Of a stretch of DNA of 31,064 nucleotides, positions 8,940-18,155 are shown piece by piece (positions within the stretch are counted from its first letter, which is position 1; each line of letters opens with the position of its first letter). A program made the translations under genes and the position numbers. Source of the DNA: a virus (lineage: Duplodnaviria; Caudoviricetes); the IMG/VR virus record IMGVR_UViG_3300049167_000227, positions 1-31,064 of that record, one strand, 5' to 3'. The notes under the pieces are model-generated. The model searched no databases, was not told the origin of the DNA, and was given only the letters and a program-made list of their open reading frames with translations.

Positions 8940-10417
8940 TGGTCGGGTTCAAGGAATACTCGCCCCTCAACCGGACGCCTCTGTTCTTTGCGGAGCTGGA
9001 CAACAGCCGAGCGAACAGCGGGATCGAGCAGCAGCGGGCGCTGATCATCGGCCAGCAGCTGACGGCGGGTACTTTCGCAGCCAACGTGCCTGCTCTGATG
9101 GAGAGCGTCGACTTCGTGAAGACGAAGGCTGGCGCCGGCTCCATGCTGGCCCTGATGGCGGAGTGGTACCGCAAGCGCGATCGGGTGGGTGAGGTCTACG
9201 TCCTCCCTCTGGCAGATGCGGGTGCCGGCGTAGCAGCCACTGGCACGCTTGCCGTGACTGCCGCCGCTGCGGCCAATGGCACTTTCTGGCTCTACATCGC
9301 CGGTATGCCGGTCCCGGTGCTCGTCGGCCCGGCGCTTACGCCGGCGCAAGTGGCGACGGCGATTGCCGCCGCCGTCACGGCCAATACGAACCTTCCGGTG
9401 ACTGCAGCCGCGGCTACCAGCACGGTGACCTTCACGGCCAAGCACAAGGGACTGACCGGAAACGACATCGATCTGCGGGCGAACTATCGCGGCTCGGCGA
9501 ACGGTGAGGTCACGCCTGCCGGCCTGGCCTTCACCATCACCCAGATGTCCGGCGGCACCACCAACCCGGCACTCGACACGGCGCTCGCCAACCTGGGCGA
9601 CATGACCTTCGACTTCATCGTCATGCCATACACCGACGCGACCAGCCTGGACGCTATCAAGGCGACCTTGGCCGCCCGCTGGGCTTGGGACCGCATGCTC
9701 TACGGTCACGCCTTCGCGGCCATGGACGGCACCCTGAGCGCCGCGACGACCCTCGGCCTGACGCGGAACGACCCTCACGCCACCATCATGCCCTACAACG
9801 ACAGCCCGACGCCGCCCTGGCTCTGGGCCGCCAATCTGGCCGGCGCCTGCGCGGTGAGCCTCAAGGCGGATCCGGGGCTCCCCCTGCATGGGCTTCCGCT
9901 GGATGTGCTGCCCCCGCCCACAGAGAAGCGTTTCAACCTTACTGAGCGCAACACGCTGCTCTGGGACGGCCTGTCGAGCCATACGGTCGCACAGGACGGG
10001 ACCGTGACGACGGAGACGATCGTCACGACCTACCAGAAGAACCCGCTCGGGCAGGCCGACGACAGCTATCTATATGTCGAGCGACTGTTCACCCTCATGG
10101 CGGCTATTCGCCGCCTGAAGAACTACGTCACATCGACCTTTGGGCGCTTCAAGCTGGCCTCGGACGGCACCGTCTATCGGTCCGGCTCCAACATCGTGAC
10201 CCCGGCCGTGATCCGCGACGGCATCCTCGCGCAGTACCGCTCGATGGAGCGGGATGGCCTGGTGCAGGAATACGACCGGTTCCGCGAAAGCCTGGTAGTG
10301 GAGCGGAACGGCTCCAACAGCTGCCGGGTCGACGCACTCCTTCCCATTGTGCCGATCGATCAGCTCCGCCAGCTGGTCGCCTTGGTCCAGTTCCGCAACG
10401 GCGGCAGCGAGGGCTGA
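8939..10417 (+). CDS. Contractile tail sheath protein (Mu gpL-like)
   Basis: RTPLFFAELDNSRAN start, GAGSMLA.M, ERNTLL.DG and TTYQKN..G..DDSYL motifs. Confidence 0.95.
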   Translation: MVGFKEYSPLNRTPLFFAELDNSRANSGIEQQRALIIGQQLTAGTFAANVPALMESVDFVKTKAGAGSMLALMAEWYRKRDRVGEVYVLPLADAGAGVAATGTLAVTAAAAANGTFWLYIAGMPVPVLVGPALTPAQVATAIAAAVTANTNLPVTAAAATSTVTFTAKHKGLTGNDIDLRANYRGSANGEVTPAGLAFTITQMSGGTTNPALDTALANLGDMTFDFIVMPYTDATSLDAIKATLAARWAWDRMLYGHAFAAMDGTLSAATTLGLTRNDPHATIMPYNDSPTPPWLWAANLAGACAVSLKADPGLPLHGLPLDVLPPPTEKRFNLTERNTLLWDGLSSHTVAQDGTVTTETIVTTYQKNPLGQADDSYLYVERLFTLMAAIRRLKNYVTSTFGRFKLASDGTVYRSGSNIVTPAVIRDGILAQYRSMERDGLVQEYDRFRESLVVERNGSNSCRVDALLPIVPIDQLRQLVALVQFRNGGSEG

Positions 10418-10420
10418 TCC

Positions 10421-10792
10421 ATGGCAGACAACACCCGGCGCCTTGGTGGCGTCTCCTGGCTCTTTATCGACGGCGTTTCCTACCCGGTGGTAGGCGACGT
10501 TACCTACTCGGTCGCGACAGTTACCCGGAGTACGCTCATGGGCATGGACCGCGTGCACGGCTACAGTGAGGTTCCGCGCGCCGGCTTCATCTCGGCGACG
10601 ATCCGCGACGAGGCCGGCACCTCACTCCTGGACATCCAGGAGATGACCAACGTCTCCGTCTCGCTGCAGGCGGCCAATGGCAAGCGGGTGCAGGGCGTGG
10701 GCATGTGGGTCGTGGAGGCCGCGGAGGTTGCGACTGCCGAGGCGACCTTTACTGTCCGCTGGGAAGGCGAGGACGTCCGCGATGACGGCTGA
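10421..10792 (+). CDS. Tail tube protein (Mu gpM-like)
   Basis: 123 aa after the sheath; GMDRVHGYSEVP.AGFIS motif. Confidence 0.9.
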   Translation: MADNTRRLGGVSWLFIDGVSYPVVGDVTYSVATVTRSTLMGMDRVHGYSEVPRAGFISATIRDEAGTSLLDIQEMTNVSVSLQAANGKRVQGVGMWVVEAAEVATAEATFTVRWEGEDVRDDG

Positions 10793-11099
10793 TGAGTTCA
10801 TCGAGGACGAGGTTACTATCGAGGCCGTTCCTCCAAAGCGGGTTCGCTTCCCGGCCTTCGAGTACAAGGGAAACGGCAAGAGTTACGATAACCTGGTGCT
10901 TCGCCCGCCGACGCTGGGGCAATTGCTTGAGGCGAGCCGCAAGGCGGGGGCCATGGAGCAGCAGGCGCATCTGCTGGGGGCGGTTGCAGGCATCCCGCCG
11001 CAGGTTGTCCACCTTCTCCCGCCGCAGGTTCTGCGTGTGGCGGAGGCCTACTTCACGCCTTTTATGCAGCCCTTCCCGGAGGCTGGTACGACCGAGTAG
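10782..11099 (+). CDS. Tail assembly chaperone (FluMu gp41/P2 gpE-like)
   Basis: LVLRPPTLGQL motif; between tube and tape measure. Confidence 0.8.
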   Translation: MTADEFIEDEVTIEAVPPKRVRFPAFEYKGNGKSYDNLVLRPPTLGQLLEASRKAGAMEQQAHLLGAVAGIPPQVVHLLPPQVLRVAEAYFTPFMQPFPEAGTTE

Positions 11100-11281
11100 C
11101 CGACCTGACGCTCCACTTCCGATGGGGGCCTCGGGACGCCATAGGGCTCTCGGTGGAAGAGTTCATTTACTGGCATCGGCAGGCTAAGCGGCAGTCCGGG
11201 AGGGTTTGCACGTGGCAACTGCGACCGCCGGTACCCTATCGGTCACGATCTCCGCCATCGATCTGTTCAGCGGGCCGCTGA
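11058..11281 (+). CDS. -1 frame extension of the tail chaperone (P2 gpE'-like); absent from the ORF track
   Basis: The -1 frame reads ...GWYDRVADLTLHFRWGPRDAIGLSVEEFIYWHRQAKR..., matching the AD-x4-F-x-W-x-P...W pattern of GpE'; stop TGA 11279-11281. Confidence 0.7.
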
Positions 11282-13113
11282 AGCGGATCGGCGGCAACGT
11301 CCAGCAGACCAAGCGGCAGTTCGACGCAGCATTCCGCCCCATCTCCTTCGGCGCGCGGGCTGTGGCGCGCAATCTCAATGCCATCGTGCCTCCGCTGGCC
11401 CTTATCACGGGCGCCGGGACCATCGCTGGCATGTATCAGCTCACCAATGCCTGGGCGCGCATGGGTGCAGATGTGGGCCGTGGTGCTTCCCGCACCCGGA
11501 CTGCAGTCAGAGAGTACCAAGCCCTTCAGAATGCAGCCCGTCTTGCCGGCGCGAGCGCCGAGGACATGGCGACAGGCCTCCAGGGGCTCGGCGACACCGT
11601 CACGGACGCTCTGGGGGGTCGGAACCAGGATGCGCTGCGGTTTGCGCAACAGCTTGGCATCCGCCTCCGGGACGACGTGACCGGGCAGGCCCGCGCCGCC
11701 GCGGAAGTGCTTCCTGAACTAGCGGATCAGATCGAGCGACTGCGAGGCAACCCGGCCCTCCAAGCGCGCGTGATGAACGTTTTCAGCCTACCGCCCGGGA
11801 TGCTGCCTCTACTGACGCAGGGCGGCAGCAGGCTGCGGGAGCTACGGCGCGAGGCCGAGCGGCTTGGCGTCACCAATGGGCAGGGGGCGCAGGCGGCGCG
11901 CGAGTTCGAGACGGCGCAAACCCGATTGAACCTCGCCGGCGAGACGCTCTCGCGCACCATCGGGGAGCGCGTGGGGCCGGTGATGACCCCCTTCCTTAAC
12001 GATATGTCCACGTGGGCCACGGATCGTGCTCCTGGCATTGCTGAGGGCATAAAGACGGTCGGCACAGAGTTCGCCGCAATCGCGTTCCCGCGGGGGTTCA
12101 TAACGGAGCTTGAAGAAACCACGCGCGATATCGGCACCTGGATCCGAACCATCCGCGAGTTTGCGGATAGCCCCATCGGGCGCTGGTGGTTCGACCGGAA
12201 CGATGCCGCCACCCCCTCTGGGACACCTTGGAGCCTAATGGGGCCGGTCGGCCGGTTGCCGACGCCGCCAGCGGGCGGGCCGTTCGGAATGGGTGACGCC
12301 GCGCAGCGGCAGCGCCAGCGATCCGAAGGGGGCGATGTAGAGGAGACTGCGGGCGGCTGGATCCGGCGGCACTGGAACAACCTCCTCAACTCCGGGCGTC
12401 GGTCCCAGAGGCGGCTGGATCAGCGATCTGAACTTCCGCCGCCTCAGGATATGCTGGCCCTGGTTGGCCAGGCCGAAGGCACAGACCGTGGCCGCGGTTA
12501 CAACGAGACCCTCGGCTATGGCCGCTTCACCGGTGGCGACCGGAACCTCACCGGCATGACGCTCGCTGAGGTCGACCGGATGCAGTCGGAAATGCTCCGA
12601 CATCCTGAGAACAACCTGAATTCATCTGCTGCGGGGCGCTACCAGATCACCCAGACCACGCTCCGCGGGCTGGTGCGGGAGCTGGGGCTCGATCCAGAGA
12701 ACACCCGCTTTGACCAGGCGACGCAGGACAGGTTGGCTACAGCCCTGATGCAGCGGCGCGGTCTTGGCGACTACCAAGCCGGGCGCATCTCCGCAGCCGA
12801 CTTTCAGGGGCGCCTCGCGCAGGAGTGGGCCAGCATCCCCGATCCTCGGACCGGGCAGGGATACTATGCCAACCAGCGTCGCCCGGGGGTCGATCAGGGT
12901 ACGCTTGACCGCGTCTTGTCGACGGAGCGGACGCCGCGTCCGCCTGTGCCTGAGCGAGGGGAGGAGCCAATGGCAAACCCGTCTCTCGCCGGTGGCCAGC
13001 AGAACCGCGCCGTGGTCGAGTTGCGGTTCACCAATCCGCCGCCAGGTCTTACGGCTGTCACCCGGAACGGCGACGGGGGCGTTCGGATTGAGCGCCCTTC
13101 CGTGGGGATGTAG
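11212..13113 (+). CDS. Tape measure protein with C-terminal lambda-R-like lysozyme/transglycosylase domain
   Basis: Ala/Gly-rich helical N-terminus; C-terminal AEGT...GYN, SSAAGRYQIT..T, FD...QDRLA and LAQEWASIP; GTG 11212 follows SD GGGAGGG. Confidence 0.88.
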   Translation: MATATAGTLSVTISAIDLFSGPLKRIGGNVQQTKRQFDAAFRPISFGARAVARNLNAIVPPLALITGAGTIAGMYQLTNAWARMGADVGRGASRTRTAVREYQALQNAARLAGASAEDMATGLQGLGDTVTDALGGRNQDALRFAQQLGIRLRDDVTGQARAAAEVLPELADQIERLRGNPALQARVMNVFSLPPGMLPLLTQGGSRLRELRREAERLGVTNGQGAQAAREFETAQTRLNLAGETLSRTIGERVGPVMTPFLNDMSTWATDRAPGIAEGIKTVGTEFAAIAFPRGFITELEETTRDIGTWIRTIREFADSPIGRWWFDRNDAATPSGTPWSLMGPVGRLPTPPAGGPFGMGDAAQRQRQRSEGGDVEETAGGWIRRHWNNLLNSGRRSQRRLDQRSELPPPQDMLALVGQAEGTDRGRGYNETLGYGRFTGGDRNLTGMTLAEVDRMQSEMLRHPENNLNSSAAGRYQITQTTLRGLVRELGLDPENTRFDQATQDRLATALMQRRGLGDYQAGRISAADFQGRLAQEWASIPDPRTGQGYYANQRRPGVDQGTLDRVLSTERTPRPPVPERGEEPMANPSLAGGQQNRAVVELRFTNPPPGLTAVTRNGDGGVRIERPSVGM

Positions 13114-13116
13114 CCG

Positions 13117-13878
13117 ATGAGTTGGGTTGACGAACTCCGGCCGGCGTCATGGCGAGGGCTGCCTTTCGGTGTCCTGGACACCGGGGGGAAGTTCGGCCGG
13201 GCAAAGGCGGTCCACGAGTACCCTTTCAGGGACGAGGTCTGGGTCGAAGACCTAGGCATGGCATCGCGCCGGATTGGCATCCGGGGCTTCATCGTGGGGG
13301 ACGATGTAGGCGATCAGCTGCTCGCTATGATCGACGCAGCTGAGGAGGAAGGCCCCGGAGAGCTAATGCACCCCATGCTCGGGCCTCTAACTGTCAGTCT
13401 AGTGGACTTTGAGCCTACGACCCGCGTCGATCTTGGCCGAGTGGTGGAACTCGTTTTCAGCTTCATCGAGGGCGCGACTACCGCACAACCAGGCATTTCG
13501 ACGGACTTCGCTGGGCAGATTGCCGGCTATGCTGATGACCTCGACCTCGGTGCGACCGGAGATTTCGTTCGCAGTGCTGGCGCCGCTCTCAAAGAGGGCT
13601 CTGACGTGGTCAAGCAGGCCGTGAAGACCGTGAAGACCTGGACGGGGACTGCCATGCGCCTCTCGCTGGACGCCGGCAACGTCATCAACAGCGTCGGCGG
13701 CCTAGTTCCTGGCTCCAGCCGCACCTTTGGCCGCTTCCTTTCAGGGTCTCGCGGCCCCCTCTCAGGCGTCAACACAGCCATCAACTCGGTTACGACACAG
13801 ATTTCCCGGGTGAACAGGGCGCGCTCAGCGGTCACGCAGGGGGCTTCGGACGTGCTTTCCTTGGTGAACCGACTGTGA
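13117..13878 (+). CDS. Mu gpN-like DNA circularisation protein, N-terminal part
   Basis: LRPASWRGLPF, VHEYPFRDE.WVEDLG and GPGELMHP.LG (DNA_circ_N) motifs. Confidence 0.9.
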   Translation: MSWVDELRPASWRGLPFGVLDTGGKFGRAKAVHEYPFRDEVWVEDLGMASRRIGIRGFIVGDDVGDQLLAMIDAAEEEGPGELMHPMLGPLTVSLVDFEPTTRVDLGRVVELVFSFIEGATTAQPGISTDFAGQIAGYADDLDLGATGDFVRSAGAALKEGSDVVKQAVKTVKTWTGTAMRLSLDAGNVINSVGGLVPGSSRTFGRFLSGSRGPLSGVNTAINSVTTQISRVNRARSAVTQGASDVLSLVNRL

Positions 13879-14438
13879 GCACGCCCTCCGAGGTGGCCGC
13901 TGCTATCCAGGGACTGTCTGAGGCTGTCCGCTCCTTGGCTGACGATCCTGCGGAGCAGATCCGGCTCTTGGTGCCCCTTTGCAGCGGCGGCGGCGACGCC
14001 CAAACCTCAGACGATCCAGTCGGGCAAGCTATGGCGTCGATGGACGCCGCTTCGGCGGCCGTGTGCCGGCGCGCGGCCCTAGCCAGCTTGGTGCGGGCTG
14101 CGGCAGCCGTCTTCCCGCCCTCCTATGAGGAGGCGGTATCGCTGCGGGACCAGATTTGCGGGCTGCTTGAGGCCGAGATCACGGTGGCCGGTGACGCCGG
14201 CGACGACGCGAGCGTGACGGCCATGCGGGCGCTGCGGACGGCGGTGGGCAACGCTATGACGGACCGCGCGGCCAACCTGTCACGGCTGGTGACGGTCTCG
14301 GTCCAAGTCCCGCTGCCCTCGCTGCTTCATGCCTACCGCCAGTACGGTGACATCAGCCGGGCGAATGAAATCGCGGCATATGCCGATGCCGCGGACCCTA
14401 ACTTTCTGCCGACCGAGTTTAGGGCAAGAGGGACTTAG
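13875..14438 (+). CDS. Mu gpN-like DNA circularisation protein, C-terminal part
   Basis: LPSLLHAYRQYGDISRANEI....DPNFLP ending typical of the family; GTGA overlap with the previous ORF. Confidence 0.8.
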   Translation: MSTPSEVAAAIQGLSEAVRSLADDPAEQIRLLVPLCSGGGDAQTSDDPVGQAMASMDAASAAVCRRAALASLVRAAAAVFPPSYEEAVSLRDQICGLLEAEITVAGDAGDDASVTAMRALRTAVGNAMTDRAANLSRLVTVSVQVPLPSLLHAYRQYGDISRANEIAAYADAADPNFLPTEFRARGT

Positions 14439-14845
14439 CGTCCTCGCCACTCCACGGCATCGGAATTGTAGTTGTAGAGGGCGATCCCGTAGGCGCGTAT
14501 CCCCGGCCGGCCCGTTGCTGTGGTGAGGCCGCGCTCCTCCACGCTGAGAAAAATGACCGCCTTCTGAGCGTAAGGATCAAACCCACGTTGTACTAGGGCG
14601 CGGACGATAGAGCTGAGAATGCTTTCGGCATGGGTTCGCGCGGTGGCGATGCTGCTTGGTGGCTGCGAGTAGGCGAGCACCAGAGAGGTACTGTCGTCAG
14701 GGCTGACCTCGATTGTGGCGGCCGGCGACAGCGGAATGGACCGGGTCACTTCCTGCATGAGCGACACAGGAGGCTTCCCGGCCATAGCGGCGGGCGCGGC
14801 GCAGAGCAGGAACAGGGCGGTCAGCCCAGCATAGATCGAGTGCAT
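14435..14845 (-). CDS. Putative secreted/periplasmic protein (antisense moron)
   Basis: SD AAGGAGG upstream of ATG; hydrophobic signal peptide ending AMA-GK; fills the gap between two tail genes. Confidence 0.8.
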   Translation of the reverse strand: MHSIYAGLTALFLLCAAPAAMAGKPPVSLMQEVTRSIPLSPAATIEVSPDDSTSLVLAYSQPPSSIATARTHAESILSSIVRALVQRGFDPYAQKAVIFLSVEERGLTTATGRPGIRAYGIALYNYNSDAVEWRGR

Positions 14846-14917
14846 AGCGGCCTCCTTTGGGCGCAGCCTACCGAATTCACCGGCGCCCTGTCGCCTGGCA
14901 CGATCATAGGGGTCAAG

Positions 14918-16060
14918 ATGGCCGACCGAGACGTCGTTAACCTCTCGGCAGGTGGCAAGGTCATCTCCGGGTGGAAGGAAATCCGCATCACCCGGGGCGT
15001 TGATCGGGTGCCGTCAGACTTTTCCTTCGTCATGACGGAGTATTTTCCCGGCGACGGGGTATTCCTCGCTGCCCCAGGCATGGAGTGCACGGTCAAGATC
15101 GGGGATGACGTGGTGGTCACTGGCTATGTGGACCGCTACGAGCCGACGCTCAGCAAGCGGCAGCACAGCGTTCGCCTTTCTGGTCGCGGGAAGTGCCAGG
15201 ATCTAGTGGATTGCTCGGCCTTCCTTCATGACCAACAGAACCAGATGAACCGCGCCTCAGCCCGCAAGGTCATTGAGACGATCTGCGGCATCTATGGGGT
15301 GAAGGTGAAGGCGCTCGGTGGGGACGGGAAGATCGTTCCACAGTTCAACGTCATTCTGACCGAGACGGCCTGGAGCATCATCGATCGGGTGGCCGCCCAT
15401 TCGAATTTCGTCGCCTATGAGGCGGCGGACGGTGACCTAATCCTGTCCCAGGTGGGCAAGGAGAAGATGGCGAGCGGGTTCAAGGAGGGCGTGAACGTCG
15501 AGCGAGCCTCGGTCACCTTCGCTTTCGACCGTCGATACAGCCTCTACGAAGCGGTATTTACACCGATCGAGAACTTGGCCGACATCTCAAGCGCCCTCGG
15601 GGCGACTTTCCTGAACATTCGCGGCAGCGCGACCGACGATACTATCGGGGCCGCCAAGCCTGGCACTGGGCGCCGCTTCCGGCCGCTGATCATGATGGCG
15701 GACGTTGCTCAGGACGGCAGCAACCCCGCCCAGATCCGCTGCGATTGGGAGAAGTCCCGACGCTACGGGCGCAGTCAGGCGGTCCAAGTGACTTGTGATA
15801 GCTGGCGGGATAGCGCCGGGAAGCTCTGGGAGCCCAACACGCTGGCGCCCGTGGACATCCCGTCTCTCCGGGTGCCGGATCGGGAATGGGTCATCGCGGA
15901 GGTGACCTATTCTAAGGGTCAGGACGGCACTCACGCCGAACTGACGCTCATGCCGCCGGAGGCCTTCATGCCGCAGCCGGTGATCCTGCAGGCATTCGAT
16001 GAGCAAGTAGCAGAGGAGCTACGCCGCCAGGACGGTTCCCGCGAGGGGCCGAACCTGTGA
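14918..16060 (+). CDS. Baseplate hub protein (Mu gp44/gpP-like)
   Basis: SGWKEIRITRG, VTGYVD, GRGKCQDLVDCS and WRDSAGKLWEPN motifs; ATG 14918 preferred to the ORF-track start 14630. Confidence 0.92.
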   Translation: MADRDVVNLSAGGKVISGWKEIRITRGVDRVPSDFSFVMTEYFPGDGVFLAAPGMECTVKIGDDVVVTGYVDRYEPTLSKRQHSVRLSGRGKCQDLVDCSAFLHDQQNQMNRASARKVIETICGIYGVKVKALGGDGKIVPQFNVILTETAWSIIDRVAAHSNFVAYEAADGDLILSQVGKEKMASGFKEGVNVERASVTFAFDRRYSLYEAVFTPIENLADISSALGATFLNIRGSATDDTIGAAKPGTGRRFRPLIMMADVAQDGSNPAQIRCDWEKSRRYGRSQAVQVTCDSWRDSAGKLWEPNTLAPVDIPSLRVPDREWVIAEVTYSKGQDGTHAELTLMPPEAFMPQPVILQAFDEQVAEELRRQDGSREGPNL

Positions 16061-16590
16061 ACCCGAGCAGCATGGCCGGCCGGATCGGCTCCATGGTGGC
16101 GCTGGCCAGGGTCGGCGCGACGAAAGTCATGGGCGGGATCCGCTCCGTGCAGCTTCTGATCGATGCTGCGACGACGCGCGACGACACACCTTTGGCTCAG
16201 CACTACGGCGTCGCCTCCCGCCCTCATCCAGGCGCCGACGCCGTGGTCCTCTTCATGGGCGGCGACCGCAGCCGTGGCGTGGTGATCGCCACCAACGACC
16301 GTCGCCATCAAATCCAGCTGTCCGAGGGCGAGGTCGCGATCCACGACGATCAGGGGCTGAAGATCCACCTAACGCGCGCCGGGATCGTCATTGACGGGGG
16401 AGGGAAGCCGGTGATCTTCCAGAACACGCCGGAGGTCATCATGCCGGGGAAGCTGACGACGCAGGGCGACATCACCTCCGCGGCCAAGGTCAACGCCGCA
16501 ACCGACGTCACAATCGGCGCTCGCAGCTTCAACACGCACACCCATCCGGAGAATGGGACGGGCGGCGGCATCACAGGGACGCCAGTTTGA
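16057..16590 (+). CDS. Baseplate spike (Mu gp45/gpV-like)
   Basis: QHYGVASRP..GA, GGDRS.GVVIA..DRR, GEVAIHDDQG; C-terminal HTH (HxH) metal-binding tip motif. Confidence 0.92.
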   Translation: MNPSSMAGRIGSMVALARVGATKVMGGIRSVQLLIDAATTRDDTPLAQHYGVASRPHPGADAVVLFMGGDRSRGVVIATNDRRHQIQLSEGEVAIHDDQGLKIHLTRAGIVIDGGGKPVIFQNTPEVIMPGKLTTQGDITSAAKVNAATDVTIGARSFNTHTHPENGTGGGITGTPV

Positions 16591-17039
16591 TGCAAGGCGA
16601 CGTCGCCATAGCTTGGGACGCCGAGAACAGCCGCGGCGACTGGTCTCTGACCACCCTGGGCAACGTACTGACTGCGCCCGCGATCGAGACGGCCGTCATG
16701 GTGTCCCTGTTTACTGACGCGCGGGCCCGTCCCGACGACCGCATGGTGCCGGGCGACACGGACCGGCGGGGCTGGTGGGGAAACATGCTGGACGACCAGC
16801 CCATCGGCTCCCGGCTGTGGCTTCTGCGCCGGGCCAAGCACCTACCAGAGACGCTGAAGCTGGCGCGCGACTACATCGCCGAGGCCTTGGCCTGGCTGAA
16901 GGATGAGGGTCTGGCGGTGAAGATCGACGTGTCCACGGAATGGCAGGGCCAGTCCCGTATCCTCGCGCGCATCGCCCTGCACCGCGCGGACGGTGGCAAG
17001 GCCGCAGTGACGGCAGCCTGGGCGTGGCGGGGGGCCTGA
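16590..17039 (+). CDS. Baseplate protein (Mu gp46-like)
   Basis: TAVMVSLFTDARA, RRGWWG, IGSRLWLLRRAK and EALAWL..EG motifs. Confidence 0.92.
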   Translation: MQGDVAIAWDAENSRGDWSLTTLGNVLTAPAIETAVMVSLFTDARARPDDRMVPGDTDRRGWWGNMLDDQPIGSRLWLLRRAKHLPETLKLARDYIAEALAWLKDEGLAVKIDVSTEWQGQSRILARIALHRADGGKAAVTAAWAWRGA

Positions 17040-17042
17040 CGG

Positions 17043-18152
17043 ATGCCGTTCGAGAGGCCAACCCTCACCGCCCTAGCCAAGCAGGCTGTCGCGGATGTCG
17101 CCGCGGCGGCTGGCACCTTTACGCTTCTCCGGACTTCGCCCTTAGCAATCGTTGCCAAGGCCGCGACGGGCCTCGTGCACGGGGTCTACGGGTATATCGA
17201 CTGGCTGTCGAAGCAGGCTATCCCGGCAACCGCGACGGACGAATACCTCTATGCCTGGGCCGCGCTAGTCGGGATCGAGCAGAAGGGTGCCGCCACGGCG
17301 ACGGCGACGGTGACCTTCACCGGCGTGCCCGGCGCTGTCATGCCGGATGGCACGGTCCTGGCCCGTACCGCCGACGGCGTAACCTTCCGGACCACCGCAC
17401 TCGCCACAGTGGACGAGGCAGGGAGCCTAACCGTGGCTGCCGAGGCTGCAGAGGCCGGGGCGCTCGGGAATGCCCTGGCTGGCGCTGAAGTCGTCATCTC
17501 TGCCGCGATCACAGGCATCAATTCCACGGGGATATTCTCAACTGCCGCCACGGGCGGTGCGGATGAGGAGCCGCTAGAGGATTTCCGGCAGCGGATGCTG
17601 GACCGCTATCGCACCCCGCCCCAGGGCGGAGCCGAGAGCGACTACGTTGCCTGGGCTCTCCAGGTGCCGGGCGTCACCCGCGCATGGGCCGCGCCGAACG
17701 CGGCTGGCGCCGGCACAGTGGTGGTCTACGTCATGCTGGATGACGCCCGAGCGGTGTTCGACGGCTTTCCGCAGGGCACCGATGGCGTCGCGGCGGATGA
17801 GCCGCGCGGCACTCCGGCGACAGGTGATCAGCTCACCGTGGCGGACCACATTTTCCCCCTGCGACCGGTGACGGCACTGGTTTATGTCGTTGCGCCCGAG
17901 GCGTTTGGCATCACGGTTTCAATTGAGGACCTGTCGGAAGACACGGCGGAAATCCGAGATGCTATTGAAGCATCACTGATCGGCATGTTCCGCCGACGCG
18001 GGAGGCCTGGCGGCACCATCTATCCATCAGAGATCGCGGCGGCCATCGACGGAACGCCTGGTGTGGAACGGTTCACGCTTTCCTTCCCGACCACGCCGAT
18101 TGCTGCTCCCGACGGCCATTTGCCGGTCCTCGGCCAGCTTAACTGGTCCTGA
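17043..18152 (+). CDS. Baseplate J-like wedge protein (Mu gp47)
   Basis: MPFERPTL, GGADEE...FRQR, PPQGGA.SDY..WA..VPGVTRAW motifs. Confidence 0.95.
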   Translation: MPFERPTLTALAKQAVADVAAAAGTFTLLRTSPLAIVAKAATGLVHGVYGYIDWLSKQAIPATATDEYLYAWAALVGIEQKGAATATATVTFTGVPGAVMPDGTVLARTADGVTFRTTALATVDEAGSLTVAAEAAEAGALGNALAGAEVVISAAITGINSTGIFSTAATGGADEEPLEDFRQRMLDRYRTPPQGGAESDYVAWALQVPGVTRAWAAPNAAGAGTVVVYVMLDDARAVFDGFPQGTDGVAADEPRGTPATGDQLTVADHIFPLRPVTALVYVVAPEAFGITVSIEDLSEDTAEIRDAIEASLIGMFRRRGRPGGTIYPSEIAAAIDGTPGVERFTLSFPTTPIAAPDGHLPVLGQLNWS

Positions 18153-18155
18153 AGC

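Noticed and set aside
14630-14917. 96 aa N-terminal extension of the baseplate hub shown in the ORF track
   Set aside because: It overlaps the well-supported antisense gene; family similarity starts near ATG 14918.
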